IMG/VR virus record: IMGVR_UViG_3300045256_000127 | Strand: one strand, 5' to 3' | Origin: a virus | Taxonomy: Duplodnaviria > Heunggongvirae > Uroviricota > Caudoviricetes | DNA length: 64,000 bases | Shown here: positions 1 through 9,437 of the stretch, one piece after another | Layout of the letters: every line of letters begins with the position of its first letter | Position numbering within the stretch: position 1 is the first letter of the stretch | The notes under the pieces: generated by a model | The model's database searches: none | What the model was told of the DNA's origin: nothing | The model's input: the letters and a program-made list of their open reading frames with translations, nothing else | Program-made: the position numbers and the translations under genes

Positions 1-81
1 TACTACTTCCGGCACTACTCGCCGAACCGCTACGTCTACAAGACGCTCCTTGAGGCCCACTTCGGCCCGATGGTTCAGTAA
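1..81 (+). CDS. 3' end of an upstream gene (partial, ...YYFRHYSPNRYVYKTLLEAHFGPMVQ*)
   Basis: Open frame running into the window start and ending in TAA at 79-81. Unknown function. Confidence 0.35.
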   Translation, partial: YYFRHYSPNRYVYKTLLEAHFGPMVQ

Positions 82-183
82 GAAAAATTCTGAAACAAAA
101 TCGCAGGGTCGTGCATCTAATATATTAGCCGATGCGGCGTTGGCTGGTCGGCTAATACCATGTGCAAAAGCAATGGAGGTAAT

Positions 184-684
184 ATGACTAAGAATGCACT
201 TGCGCTCCGCAATGGAGATGTTTCACTACTTCCCTCTCGGGATCAATTCTTCCGTCCTTTCGAGGACACCTTCAATCGGTTCTTTGACGACTTCTTCGGC
301 GACCGCCAGTTAGGCAGCATGGTCAAAGGCCAGGGGCGATACCCCAAACTCGACGTAATGTACAAAGACAACAAATGGCTGGTCGAGTTAGCCTGCCCCG
401 GCGCAACCCCGGACGACGTGGAAGTCCGGGTCGTACCCGACAAGAGCGGGGCGAAGTACGTCAAGATCAGCGGCCGGATGTCCGACGAGTACGCCCACGA
501 AGACGCCACCTATTACGTTAAGGAGTTGTCGAGATCGTCGTGGGAACGACTGGTCCGACTGCCGGAGAACGTGGTCCGGGACGAGCCGGACGCACTGCTG
601 AAAGACGGCGTGCTGCGGCTGACATGGGAGACGACAGTTAAGAAAGACCCAGAGGCGAAGGTAGTCAAGATTCGCACTGAGTAA
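184..684 (+). CDS. small heat-shock protein (Hsp20/alpha-crystallin family)
   Basis: GGAGGT RBS 6 nt upstream of the ATG at 184. Alpha-crystallin domain pattern (PKLDVMYKDNKWLVELACPGATPDDVEVRV ... GVLRLTWE). A terminator follows. Confidence 0.75.
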   Translation: MTKNALALRNGDVSLLPSRDQFFRPFEDTFNRFFDDFFGDRQLGSMVKGQGRYPKLDVMYKDNKWLVELACPGATPDDVEVRVVPDKSGAKYVKISGRMSDEYAHEDATYYVKELSRSSWERLVRLPENVVRDEPDALLKDGVLRLTWETTVKKDPEAKVVKIRTE

Positions 685-690
685 ACAAAG

Positions 691-720
691 ACGCCCCGGA
701 ACTCCGGGGCGTTTCTTATA
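691..720 (+). terminator. rho-independent terminator
   Basis: Hairpin acgccccgga-actc-cggggcgt followed by a T-rich tail. Confidence 0.6.
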
Positions 721-726
721 TACCTC

Positions 727-1434
727 ATGCCCATTTGCCGACAGCGAAAACTCGCCTTCGTCCACATCCCGAAGACCGGCGGAATCACTATCGAGTCCGT
801 GTTCGGTTTCGGGAGGACGGAGGCGGACTTGTTCGGCGAGATGGACGGGCTGGAACTCGCCCACCTGACCGCCCAACAGATGATGAAATACGTCCCGGAC
901 TTCCGGGACTACTTCTCGTTCGCCATCGTTCGCAACCCGTGGGAGCGGCTGGTTTCGGAATACGCTTGGCGGGCCGGGAATACGTCGGACACTCGGGCGT
1001 TCGACGTGCTGGGATTGAAAAAGCCCACTTTCGAGAAGTTCGTCCGCTGCCTCGGCGACATCGACTTCGGCAACTACTCCCAGCCGCAGGTCAACCACCT
1101 GTACCCTCAGTCCTGTTTCACGCACGTCGGCGGCGAGCAGGTCGTCACGCACATCGGACGGTTCGAGCAGTTCGAGGCGTCCATCAACGAGATCAGGCAG
1201 AAGTTGGGAATGGACTTGGTGACGATCCCCAAGTTAAACAAATCCAGCCACCGACACTACAGTTACTACTACACGCACAAGACAAAAGAGATCGTAGAAA
1301 GTGTTTACCGGGATGACATCAAGCTCTATGGATACACTTACGAAAGAGATTCATCGCCGTTTCAGCAGTCACCACCTGACGAGCCGAGTCGTCCTGCCCA
1401 ACGCACGGCTTCCCGGTCCCGAGTATTTGGCTAG
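727..1434 (+). CDS. sulfotransferase (Sulfotransfer_2-like)
   Basis: 5'-PSB-like motif HIPKTGG(I/T)T near the N-terminus and RNPWERLVS (3'-PB-like), both characteristic of carbohydrate sulfotransferases. Confidence 0.65.
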   Translation: MPICRQRKLAFVHIPKTGGITIESVFGFGRTEADLFGEMDGLELAHLTAQQMMKYVPDFRDYFSFAIVRNPWERLVSEYAWRAGNTSDTRAFDVLGLKKPTFEKFVRCLGDIDFGNYSQPQVNHLYPQSCFTHVGGEQVVTHIGRFEQFEASINEIRQKLGMDLVTIPKLNKSSHRHYSYYYTHKTKEIVESVYRDDIKLYGYTYERDSSPFQQSPPDEPSRPAQRTASRSRVFG

Positions 1435-1891
1435 TCCGCACTTCGCCTCGACCAACCACCTGCCATTCTTCTACATCGCCGGGGCTGTACTTAGTAAAGC
1501 CCGGACGGTGTTCTGTCTCGACCCGGACTACGGCCTGGAGTTGGCGGCGTTTCTGCGGGGGTGCAGTGCCGACCGGGTGTTGGCCTCGGGTAAAACACAG
1601 TTCTCCTACCCGGAGAAGAACGTGCGGCAGGTGGGTCGTTCCCTGGAAATGAGCGAGACGCTTCCCGAAGGTCCGTTCGATGTCGCTCTTATACTAGGAC
1701 AGCGAGACTGGCCGGAGTCCAGGGACTTGTTATTAAACATCTGGGACAGGATGTCTGACAAATCCCTAATAATCGTTGACTATATACAAGCCGAACCAGT
1801 CGGTCGTGGCTGGGCGGACTTGGAGGCGGTCACGAACCGCCCCGGCGTCGTCTTCCCTACACGCTACGGAACCGGCGTAATGATGAGGTAA
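1313..1891 (+). CDS. class I SAM-dependent O-methyltransferase (family 3 / CmcI-like), start uncertain
   Basis: FDVALILGQRDWPES...LLLNIWDRMSDKSLIIVDY matches the FDxIFIDADK...GGxIVxDN motif block. The ORF overlaps the 3' end of the sulfotransferase in another frame. Start is GTG 1301, ATG 1313 or ATG 1328. Confidence 0.45.
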   Translation: MTSSSMDTLTKEIHRRFSSHHLTSRVVLPNARLPGPEYLASPHFASTNHLPFFYIAGAVLSKARTVFCLDPDYGLELAAFLRGCSADRVLASGKTQFSYPEKNVRQVGRSLEMSETLPEGPFDVALILGQRDWPESRDLLLNIWDRMSDKSLIIVDYIQAEPVGRGWADLEAVTNRPGVVFPTRYGTGVMMR

Positions 1892-1898
1892 CAGTAAC

Positions 1899-2780
1899 AT
1901 GGCATACGAATTGACGTACTTCTACCACGAGAAGAAGCCGGAGGGCGGCTACAACACGGAGGAGAAGAAAGAACTCAAAAAGAAGATCGGCAACGGCTTC
2001 GAGGACGTTTCCCTGGAGTCGGTCGCCTCGGCGATCATCAAACAACTGGCCCGCCGGGACATCTGGGTCGTGGACGTTGAAGTCAACGAGTACACGAAGA
2101 AGAAGGTGTCCTTCAAGGAGTCCAACGACGGCAGCGGGATCGTGTTGAAGAATAAGAAGTTCTCGCTCGACCACTCGTCCGCCCTGGTCGCTACCGACCT
2201 GAGCGTTGACGTGGTTGACGAAGTACCGGCCGCACCAGCCCCGGCCACGAACGGCGTGAACCTCGTGCATGCGTTGCAGAAGAAGACGGCCGGTAAGCCG
2301 GGCGGGGTGAACCTCGTCGAGCCGCCGGTGAACCCGAATAGAGTAATCTTCTGGGCCACCTTCGAGCCGCACCCGTTCACCCAGGAGGCCCGGAGCAAGG
2401 GCTTGAAATTCACCGTAGGAAAACGTTATCCTGTACACCGCCAAACCGAAGGGGAACTCGGCAACACCTTCCACATGACCGACGACACGAAGAAGATCGT
2501 TAAGGTCGATGAGAAATACTTCTCCGTGGCGGGTGCCGGGTTGGTCGGGGACGACGAGGTTGAGGGCGGCTTCAGCCAGCAGACCAGCGGCGAACCCGAG
2601 CCGAAGCTGGCCTACTGGAGCCACATGAAGGGCGGCGATGCGGGCGGCGGCGTGCCGCAGCTTCGTGGCAACGGCAAGTCCCTCAAGAACATCCCCGAAG
2701 AGTACAAGAACATTCCGCTGGACGACGGGTCGATCCCCGACTCGTACTTCAACGTCCCGGACATCCGAAAGAAGAAGTAA
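1899..2780 (+). CDS. hypothetical protein
   Basis: Long ORF with protein-like, K/E-rich composition. No motif recognised. Confidence 0.55.
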   Translation: MAYELTYFYHEKKPEGGYNTEEKKELKKKIGNGFEDVSLESVASAIIKQLARRDIWVVDVEVNEYTKKKVSFKESNDGSGIVLKNKKFSLDHSSALVATDLSVDVVDEVPAAPAPATNGVNLVHALQKKTAGKPGGVNLVEPPVNPNRVIFWATFEPHPFTQEARSKGLKFTVGKRYPVHRQTEGELGNTFHMTDDTKKIVKVDEKYFSVAGAGLVGDDEVEGGFSQQTSGEPEPKLAYWSHMKGGDAGGGVPQLRGNGKSLKNIPEEYKNIPLDDGSIPDSYFNVPDIRKKK

Positions 2781-3214
2781 TGAAAGTTGCTTTTGACATT
2801 GGCGGGGTACTTTCTAAGTACCCCGTTTTGTTTAGAAAGTTCTGCAAGACCCTTCAGAGCGGCAGCATCGAAGTGTATGTCATCACCGACATGCACGACC
2901 GGGAGAAGACCCTGGCGATGCTGAAGGACAACGGCTTCGGGTTCATCCCCGAGGAACGAGTCCTCAACAGCGACTACGCCAAGTACGGCGACATGTGTAA
3001 AGCGGTGCTGCTCAAGGAACACGCCATCGACATGTTGATCGACGACTTCCCCGGCTACGTCCAGTGGGACTCGTCGTTCGGCCCGGCACCCGTCCGGCTC
3101 TTATCACAACCCGACCCATTCAAACCCTACTGGTCCGAAGATTGGAAAACCGATCCGAAGGATGGCGACTTCGGCCGTCGGGTTTTCACTAAGGACACAG
3201 CATGCAGCGACTAG
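2780..3214 (+). CDS. HAD-like fold protein (putative; nucleophile motif degenerate)
   Basis: N-terminal MKVAFDIGGVL resembles HAD motif I, but the second Asp is replaced by Gly. TAATG overlap with the upstream stop. Confidence 0.4.
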   Translation: MKVAFDIGGVLSKYPVLFRKFCKTLQSGSIEVYVITDMHDREKTLAMLKDNGFGFIPEERVLNSDYAKYGDMCKAVLLKEHAIDMLIDDFPGYVQWDSSFGPAPVRLLSQPDPFKPYWSEDWKTDPKDGDFGRRVFTKDTACSD

Positions 3215-3795
3215 AAGAAGAAACCGCCATCGCCATGATGGGCATCCTCTCCACGTCCAAAGACGAAGAGTTCAAGAACAGACTCAACCAATCACTGAAG
3301 ACGGCGGCTGGTGCCCGGAAGGGCTTGTACGCCATGTCGGCGGCGTGGTACGGCACCGAACTCCCGGCCGAGATGCGGGAGGCGTTGCATGAGACGTTCG
3401 GGACGGAGTTCCTTTACCAGCGGAACGTCCTATCGACCTGCGGGACGTGGATCGAGTTGAACGTCCTGTGCGGGGCGATGCCGGATGAATTCTTGAACAA
3501 CTTCTTCCATTTTGATATTAAGGAACGTGCGGAGGAAGTCGGGGTGACGGTTGCCGAAGTCGAGGACTTCATCCGGGATAGCTACCGGGGCGTCACCGAG
3601 GACGGCGACTACCTGTTCGAGTTTAGCGACGAGGAGAACGGGTTCCGGTATCTGACGGTCCTCGGCGTCGGCGGGTTCGGCGGCGACGGGAAGTACAAGA
3701 AGGTCTACGCCGACATGAGTACGTTCGGCGTCGAGAACATCAGGAACATTTTGTTCCGAAACACACAAGGAGAAAGCAATGGCTCAGGAACGTAG
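3202..3795 (+). CDS. hypothetical protein
   Basis: ORF with coding-like composition, overlapping the previous stop. Confidence 0.55.
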   Translation: MQRLEEETAIAMMGILSTSKDEEFKNRLNQSLKTAAGARKGLYAMSAAWYGTELPAEMREALHETFGTEFLYQRNVLSTCGTWIELNVLCGAMPDEFLNNFFHFDIKERAEEVGVTVAEVEDFIRDSYRGVTEDGDYLFEFSDEENGFRYLTVLGVGGFGGDGKYKKVYADMSTFGVENIRNILFRNTQGESNGSGT

Positions 3796-4231
3796 AAAAC
3801 TCCAGAAGCGTAAGGAGCGGGAAGACAAGGCAAAGAAGGCCAAGCTCTACCGGGCGAAGGAAGCCGCAGCCAAGCGTCAGGAGGAGAAGGCCAAGCTGCA
3901 AACGCTAGAGGCCAAGAAGAAGATCATGAAGGAAGAGGCCCGGCTGCGGGCGATGGCCGAGGCGATCTACGACAAGCTGCCGGAGGAAACCCGCAAGAAG
4001 TTGGAACACAACATCCAGATTCTCCGGGCACTCGAAGAGGAGCATGCGAAGGAGCAGGCCGAGAAGGCGAAGCTGAACTCGGAACTGGAGGGCCAGGGTG
4101 CCGAGGATTTGCAGTCGAAAATGAGTTTGCTAACAAAGGCGGCAAACGCCGTGGGGTCGGTCGGCGGCGAGGCGGAATACAGCTTCAAAGTTAATGAACC
4201 TGTTGTGGAAGAAATTCCCGAGCAAGCCTAA
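3779..4231 (+). CDS. lysine/glutamate-rich coiled-coil protein
   Basis: Runs of K/E/A heptads (KRKEREDKAKKAKLYRAKEAAAKRQEEKAKL...). Confidence 0.55.
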   Translation: MAQERRKLQKRKEREDKAKKAKLYRAKEAAAKRQEEKAKLQTLEAKKKIMKEEARLRAMAEAIYDKLPEETRKKLEHNIQILRALEEEHAKEQAEKAKLNSELEGQGAEDLQSKMSLLTKAANAVGSVGGEAEYSFKVNEPVVEEIPEQA

Positions 4232-4326
4232 AGTTCCTTGACCCCGCCTCCGATAAGAGATATAACACTAAACGTTGTTAACCAACGAGTGACAACAGAG
4301 ACAACTTTAACCAAACGGAGTTTACT

Positions 4327-5352
4327 ATGAGCGATTTCGGCGTACTTGACCTGGAAGAGATGATGGGCGAAGGCACCCGGCTGGCAGGCAGCGAGGGTGG
4401 CGAGGGCGGCGGCGGCAACTGGCTCGACATGTTCGTGCCGATGCCGGAAGTCAAGCCGGGTTCGACCGGCAGCGTGACCCTGCGAATCCTTCCCCCGGTG
4501 AAGGGTGGCAAGCTGTTCCAGTTCACCCGCTTGCACTTGATTAACGAGCGCAAGTACCACTGCCCGAAGCCGCTGGTCAACGGCAAGTGGGACAAGAACA
4601 CCCCCTGCCCGATCTGCGACTACTACAACGCCCTCTGGCGTGAGATCGACAAGCTGGAAGACAAGGGCGACAAGGAGCGGGCAGAGGAACTGAAGCGGGA
4701 AGCTCGGTCCATCAAGCCCATCGAGCGGTACTACTACAACGCCATCGTTCGTGAACTCCGTTCCGAGAAGGGCGTCGAGAAGAACGTCGGACCCCGCATC
4801 CTCAGCGTCGGCAAGATTCTGCACAAGATGATTGTGCGGGCCATCGTCGGCGACGAGAACGAGAAGGCTCTGGGTGACGTGACTCACCCGAAGACCGGGT
4901 ACGACTTCGTGATTCGCAAGGAGTTGCGAGGTACGGGCAAGGATGCCTTCCCGAACTACGACCGTTCGAGCTTCGCTCGTGAAACCTCCCCGCTGGGGAC
5001 GGCTGACGAGATCGCCAAGTGGCAAGCCAACCTGCACGACCTGACCAAGCTGCGGACCCTGAAGGGCGTCGATGAACTCGAAACCCAACTGGCGATCCAC
5101 CGTGGCCTGATCCCGGACACGGCAGAGCAGGGCTGGAGCATCGACCAGTTCGATGCGAAGTACAAGGGCGGCAACAAGACGACTGTCGCCACCGGCGGGA
5201 GCGTCGGTAAGCCGAGCGGTGGCAGCACCCCGGCAGTGAACGTGGAGGATGTGGTCGGCAACTTCGAGGCACCCGCTGCCCCGACCCCGACCGACGTGCC
5301 TCTGGACATGGACGAGTTCACGAAGGAACTTCAGGAGATGGAAGGCAAGTAA
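4327..5352 (+). CDS. gp32-like single-stranded DNA-binding protein
   Basis: LRILPPVKGGKLFQFTRLH...KYHCPKP...CPICDY parallels the T4 gp32 IRFLPS...FAILVNH...zinc-site core. Acidic C-terminal tail (DMDEFTKELQEMEGK) as in gp32. Confidence 0.75.
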   Translation: MSDFGVLDLEEMMGEGTRLAGSEGGEGGGGNWLDMFVPMPEVKPGSTGSVTLRILPPVKGGKLFQFTRLHLINERKYHCPKPLVNGKWDKNTPCPICDYYNALWREIDKLEDKGDKERAEELKREARSIKPIERYYYNAIVRELRSEKGVEKNVGPRILSVGKILHKMIVRAIVGDENEKALGDVTHPKTGYDFVIRKELRGTGKDAFPNYDRSSFARETSPLGTADEIAKWQANLHDLTKLRTLKGVDELETQLAIHRGLIPDTAEQGWSIDQFDAKYKGGNKTTVATGGSVGKPSGGSTPAVNVEDVVGNFEAPAAPTPTDVPLDMDEFTKELQEMEGK

Positions 5353-5376
5353 GCCTCCACTCCAACAGCAACACAC

Positions 5377-5425
5377 GGGGGCCAGGAACAAGCTACTGGC
5401 TATGTTCCTGGCCCCCGTTGTCTAT
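5377..5425 (+). terminator. stem-loop terminator after the SSB gene
   Basis: Perfect 14-bp stem gggggccaggaaca / tgttcctggccccc with a 12-nt loop. Confidence 0.55.
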
Positions 5426-5462
5426 ATGCGTCACTAACCACTTTACCAACTAGAGGGAACTT

Positions 5463-6683
5463 ATGGCTAAGAAGAAGAAAGACGAATTGAACGCAGACGA
5501 CGCTCTGTTTGAGGCACTTGCCGAAGCTACGGACGGCGACATTCTCGGCAAGATGGACTCAGTGAAGTATTTCGTGGACACCGGCTCGCTCGCAGTGAAC
5601 TTCATCTGCTCGGGCAAGTTCATTTCCGGTGGCGTCCCCGGTGGCAAGATCACCGAAATCTACGGGGCGTCCTCCTCCGGTAAGTCGCTCCTCGCAGCGA
5701 ACATCCTCCACGGCTGCCAGAAGCTCAGCGGCTTCCCGATCATCCTCGACTGTGAAAACGCCACCAACGGTGAGTTCATGGCGAAGACATCGCACCTGAA
5801 CCTGAACCGGGTCATCCGCTACACGCCGATGACACTGGAGCAGGCGTTCTTGAAGATGCTCAACGCCGCCAGGAAGATTCGGGAGAAGGTGAGTGTCGAA
5901 GTCCCCATCGTCTTCATCTACGACTCGATCTCGGTATCCCCGTGCGAGCGTGAACTGAAGGAAACCGAACTGCCGGAGAACTACAAGCCTTCCGACTGGA
6001 AGAAACTGGTGGGTCGCCAGGAGCAGCCGGGCGAGCGGGCGAAGGTGTGCAGCAAGGAGTTGCGTAAGCTCCAGGCCGTGATGGAAGAGATGAACATCAC
6101 GCTGGTCGTGCTGAACCAGACCCGTGAGAAGATCGGCGTCATGTACGGCAACCCGGAGACGACGGCCGGTGGCGGTAACGCCCTCCCGTTCTACGCTTCG
6201 TGCCGCCTGCGGACCGCAACCCGGAAGAAGATCGAGAACAAGCGTCTCGAAACGTTCGCCGGTGTGAACATGCACGTCAAGAACGTGAAGAACCGCAGCT
6301 TCCGCCCGTTCGTCGAGAGCGAGGGGATCAAGCTGTACTTCGACACGGGCGTGAACCCGATCTCGGGCCTGTTGTCCTGCTTCATCAACGGCGACCGTGT
6401 GAAGCCTGGGAGCGGCGGCAACTACGAAGTGGCCGAGGCGTACCTGCCGGAGAACACGCCGAGCTACAAGTTCAAGGCGGCTCGGGCCAACAACGACGTA
6501 CCGCTTCAGGTTCTCTACGACTGCCCGAAGCTGATCGACGCACGCTCGACCGAGGAAGTGAAGGAATACCTAGCCCCCTTCATGGACTCGATCACCAACT
6601 CCGAGAGCGACGACTTCGAAGAGAAGGCAGTGTCGTTCGACGTGGACGGCAACCCCATCGAGAGTGGCGGCGAAGAAGAGTAA
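5463..6683 (+). CDS. UvsX/RecA-family recombinase
   Basis: Walker A GGKITEIYGASSSGKS as in RecA (GRIVEIYGPESSGKT). RecA-like length and an acidic C-terminus. RBS AGAGGGAA. Confidence 0.85.
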   Translation: MAKKKKDELNADDALFEALAEATDGDILGKMDSVKYFVDTGSLAVNFICSGKFISGGVPGGKITEIYGASSSGKSLLAANILHGCQKLSGFPIILDCENATNGEFMAKTSHLNLNRVIRYTPMTLEQAFLKMLNAARKIREKVSVEVPIVFIYDSISVSPCERELKETELPENYKPSDWKKLVGRQEQPGERAKVCSKELRKLQAVMEEMNITLVVLNQTREKIGVMYGNPETTAGGGNALPFYASCRLRTATRKKIENKRLETFAGVNMHVKNVKNRSFRPFVESEGIKLYFDTGVNPISGLLSCFINGDRVKPGSGGNYEVAEAYLPENTPSYKFKAARANNDVPLQVLYDCPKLIDARSTEEVKEYLAPFMDSITNSESDDFEEKAVSFDVDGNPIESGGEEE

Positions 6684-6689
6684 AACGAA

Positions 6690-6720
6690 ACGAGGGGCGG
6701 TTTCCCGCCCCTCGTCTTTT
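6690..6720. terminator. rho-independent terminator (possibly bidirectional)
   Basis: Hairpin cgaggggcgg-tttc-ccgcccctcg followed by tctttt, placed between convergent genes. Confidence 0.6.
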
Positions 6721-6997
6721 AGAACCCTTCTCGTGGGTCGTATTTGTACGGCACTTCTTCGACCGACTGTTTCACCATCCACTCCCCGACATGCCGGTCC
6801 AACAGCAGGTAGTTGTTGTTCTGGATCGTCGCCAAGTGAGCTTGGTTGCTCAAGTCCCTGATCGTCTCGTAGTCGATCTCGGCAATCATGTCCTGAATGA
6901 TACGAACCGCCAGAGCATCCCGCTCGTAAGGGTCAGCCTCAGCAATTCGTTGATTGATTAAGTCCTCGTACATCTCGATGTCGGCTGCCGCCTGCAT
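6719..6997 (-). CDS. hypothetical protein
   Basis: Minus-strand ORF. The internal Met (MQAAADIEMYED...) is taken as the start. Confidence 0.4.
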   Translation of the reverse strand: MQAAADIEMYEDLINQRIAEADPYERDALAVRIIQDMIAEIDYETIRDLSNQAHLATIQNNNYLLLDRHVGEWMVKQSVEEVPYKYDPREGF

Positions 6998-7010
6998 TAA
7001 GTAACAATTC

Positions 7011-7519
7011 TTACGACAGGTCGGGCCGGATGTAGGATGACATGTCGGGCACGACACAGTATCCGCCATTTTCGGTTTTGGTAACGATCTGACCCTGCGT
7101 CTTGAGCTTCTTGCGGACGGCGGTCATGTGGTTGCAGAGAGTTGAGTCGGACAAATCCATCCCGTCGAACTGTTCCCGGAGGGTCTTGAGAGAGACGACC
7201 TTCTTCGCCTGGAACTGCGACTCGATCCATTTCCTGACCGTCGCCGCCTCCTTTAAGATTACAGTTCGAGGCTTGGAGTCTTTCACGACGTTCTTCGGAT
7301 ATATTTCCTTAACCACCGTGGCCGTCACGTCCTGGTTGGCGTTGGCGTCACACAGGGCTTGGGCGAGTTCACCGAGTTCAAGCGGCTCCGTGTCCGCTTC
7401 CACTTCACTAAGCTCGGCACGAAACGTCTTAGCGTACTCAATTATGGAAGGTAGGTTTTTCTTGGACGTGAACAGCTTCCGTTTGTCCTTCGTCCGAATC
7501 ATGATGAGGTTCTGGTTCA
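7011..7519 (-). CDS. hypothetical protein, possible winged-helix DNA-binding
   Basis: Start at MNQNLIMIRTKDKRK. The C-terminal region looks wHTH-like. Composition is coding. Confidence 0.5.
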
Positions 7520-7566
7520 TGTAAATCCCCCGAAAAGGTTTACCCTGTGTTATAGCAGGAAGTCCC

Positions 7567-7596
7567 TTGACAATCAATACTTTAAGCGAATATAAA
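7567..7596 (+). promoter_or_regulatory. sigma70-type promoter (TTGACA-N17-ATATAAA) driving a near-leaderless mRNA
   Basis: TTGACA at 7567-7572, a 17-nt spacer, then ATATAAA at 7590-7596. The predicted TSS falls at or next to the ATG at 7604. Confidence 0.55.
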
Positions 7597-7603
7597 GGGC
7601 AGT

Positions 7604-8617
7604 ATGGATGATTTCGTAACATGCGACGTGAGTCGCCGGATCGGCGTCGAGATCGAGTTGAACACACCTACCGGAGAGATCAAGCCGCTCAAGAAGAATG
7701 AGGCACCCGAGGGTGCAGACTATGTAGGCGTCTTGGTTAATAAATCCACGGCAAAAAAGACCACCGTCCACGGCTGGCACTCGACCCACGACAACACCGG
7801 CTGGGTCATCAAACCCGACTCGTCCTGCGGCATCGAAGTCTGTTCGCCCATCGGCAAAGGCTGGGACCACATCGTCAGCATCGCCCAGGTCGCCGAGGAC
7901 ATCCGCACCTGCGGTAAGATCGGGGCGGACAGCCGGTGTTCGCTCCACGCCCACATCGACGCTCACGACCTGGACGACCGGCAACTGGCTTCGATCTTAG
8001 CCTACTGGATCAAGTGCGAGGCCGTCATCAACGACGCCTTCCCGTCCAAGCGAAAGCTCAACCGATACTGTCAGTACATCGGGATCAGCGACCTGTTCGA
8101 CGCCCACGAGGAGTACAGTCCCTACGAGATCATCCGCCTGCTGTCCGGGGCGAAGTATTACTCAGTGAACACGTTCCACCTTCAGCGGGGCAACCGCCGG
8201 AGCTTCGAGGTTCGGTACGGCGAGAACGAGATGTGTACCGACGCCTTCTCGATGAAGAACTGGTTGCTGTTCGTCTTGCACTTCTGTCGCTGCGCCCTGG
8301 ATGCGGGGTTGCCGTGGAGGCCGCAGCAGGGCGACGTGCAGACGGGCCTCTACTGGTTCGATCCGGTGGACATGTTCAAGTTCCTCCGCTGGGACAACCC
8401 GGACATCCTGAGTCCTTCACTGAGGCAAGTCCGGCGATGGTACTTGGGACGACTGTCGGAATACACGATAGACACGGGGCTGCCGGGGATTTGGTCATAC
8501 GAAGCGAGGAGAATTGCTTACGAACAGGTGCTAGATATGCTGGGCCAGGAGAAGTTGGAGCCGGGCCTGTACAAGCCGACCGAGGGCGAACTATTCGGGA
8601 AGGAATACTTGTTCTAA
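7604..8617 (+). CDS. amidoligase-family enzyme (glutamine synthetase-like fold, Amidoligase_2)
   Basis: GVEIEL...HGWHSTHDNTGWVIKPDSSCGIEVCSP...SLHAHID matches the amidoligase family signature. Confidence 0.7.
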   Translation: MDDFVTCDVSRRIGVEIELNTPTGEIKPLKKNEAPEGADYVGVLVNKSTAKKTTVHGWHSTHDNTGWVIKPDSSCGIEVCSPIGKGWDHIVSIAQVAEDIRTCGKIGADSRCSLHAHIDAHDLDDRQLASILAYWIKCEAVINDAFPSKRKLNRYCQYIGISDLFDAHEEYSPYEIIRLLSGAKYYSVNTFHLQRGNRRSFEVRYGENEMCTDAFSMKNWLLFVLHFCRCALDAGLPWRPQQGDVQTGLYWFDPVDMFKFLRWDNPDILSPSLRQVRRWYLGRLSEYTIDTGLPGIWSYEARRIAYEQVLDMLGQEKLEPGLYKPTEGELFGKEYLF

Positions 8618-9045
8618 TGAAACTACAAGAAGAAGTTGAGTCGATGCGGCGGATGTCCACGATGCTCAGCCGCTACTCGTACCCGGTGAAAGACCTGAAG
8701 GACGAGATCGACATCTACCCACTCAAGACACGCACACTGACGGTGGACGGCTACGAAGTCATCGCCCACCTGAACATAGCCGAGTACGGCCGGTTCAACA
8801 TCGAGATTTTACAACTCGAATCGGCCCGCTCGATCTACCTGCCGATGCACCTTTTGGTGAAGCTCGGCAAGCTATTCCTGGGTAGCGAGGAAGTCTGCTA
8901 CATCGAGTTCTACCGCAACAATCGGAAGGTGTACTGCTGGACGGTTAGGCGGAAGGGCGACACATGCCTGCCGCCGCTCGGGGAGATTTTACCCCGTGAA
9001 TTCGAGGGGTTTTCGTTTTATGTCGCAAAACCTGAAACGAATTAA
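8617..9045 (+). CDS. hypothetical protein
   Basis: ATG overlaps the upstream TAA (TAATG). Coding-like composition. Confidence 0.5.
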   Translation: MKLQEEVESMRRMSTMLSRYSYPVKDLKDEIDIYPLKTRTLTVDGYEVIAHLNIAEYGRFNIEILQLESARSIYLPMHLLVKLGKLFLGSEEVCYIEFYRNNRKVYCWTVRRKGDTCLPPLGEILPREFEGFSFYVAKPETN

Positions 9046-9125
9046 ATCCGTTAACAGGGATACATATTCCCGTACAGACCAGTTACTTGCCGGGTCTGTT
9101 CTCTAACAAAAAAGAGGTAAGGATC

Positions 9126-9437
9126 ATGCACAAGTCCAAGTCGAAGGCTCGCAAAATCCAGAAGCTACTTACCGACCATTTGCTGAACTGCGGGGTTATC
9201 GAACTCCGTCTGCCAGATGGTATCAACCTGGAAATCGGTATCACGAAGGAGGGCAAGGATGGCGTCGAAATCAGTGATGATTACTGCTTCGTGAAGGCAA
9301 GCCGAGATCACAGTTCCACCCTACTCGACACGCATGTCGTGTCCATGCAGTACGAAGATTCCCGGAACAGCGTCATTTGTCTGGACAACACCTACACCGA
9401 CGACGGCACCGCCGTCAAACGGGTTGAGGTTGTCTAA
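9126..9437 (+). CDS. hypothetical protein
   Basis: RBS AAGAGGTAAGG upstream of MHKSKSKARK. Confidence 0.45.
   Translation: MHKSKSKARKIQKLLTDHLLNCGVIELRLPDGINLEIGITKEGKDGVEISDDYCFVKASRDHSSTLLDTHVVSMQYEDSRNSVICLDNTYTDDGTAVKRVEVV

Noticed and set aside
388-1152. Long minus-strand ORFs antisense to clearly homologous + strand genes, here and at 4228-5391, 5559-6275, 24449-26098, 31035-33035, 47289-49067 and 51901-54048.
   Set aside because: They have R/G/P/A-rich, low-complexity translations typical of stop-free antisense frames in about 60% GC DNA. Each is fully overlapped by a + strand gene with strong motif-level homology (sulfotransferase, SSB, RecA, PrkA, flotillin, DnaE, DUF4139).
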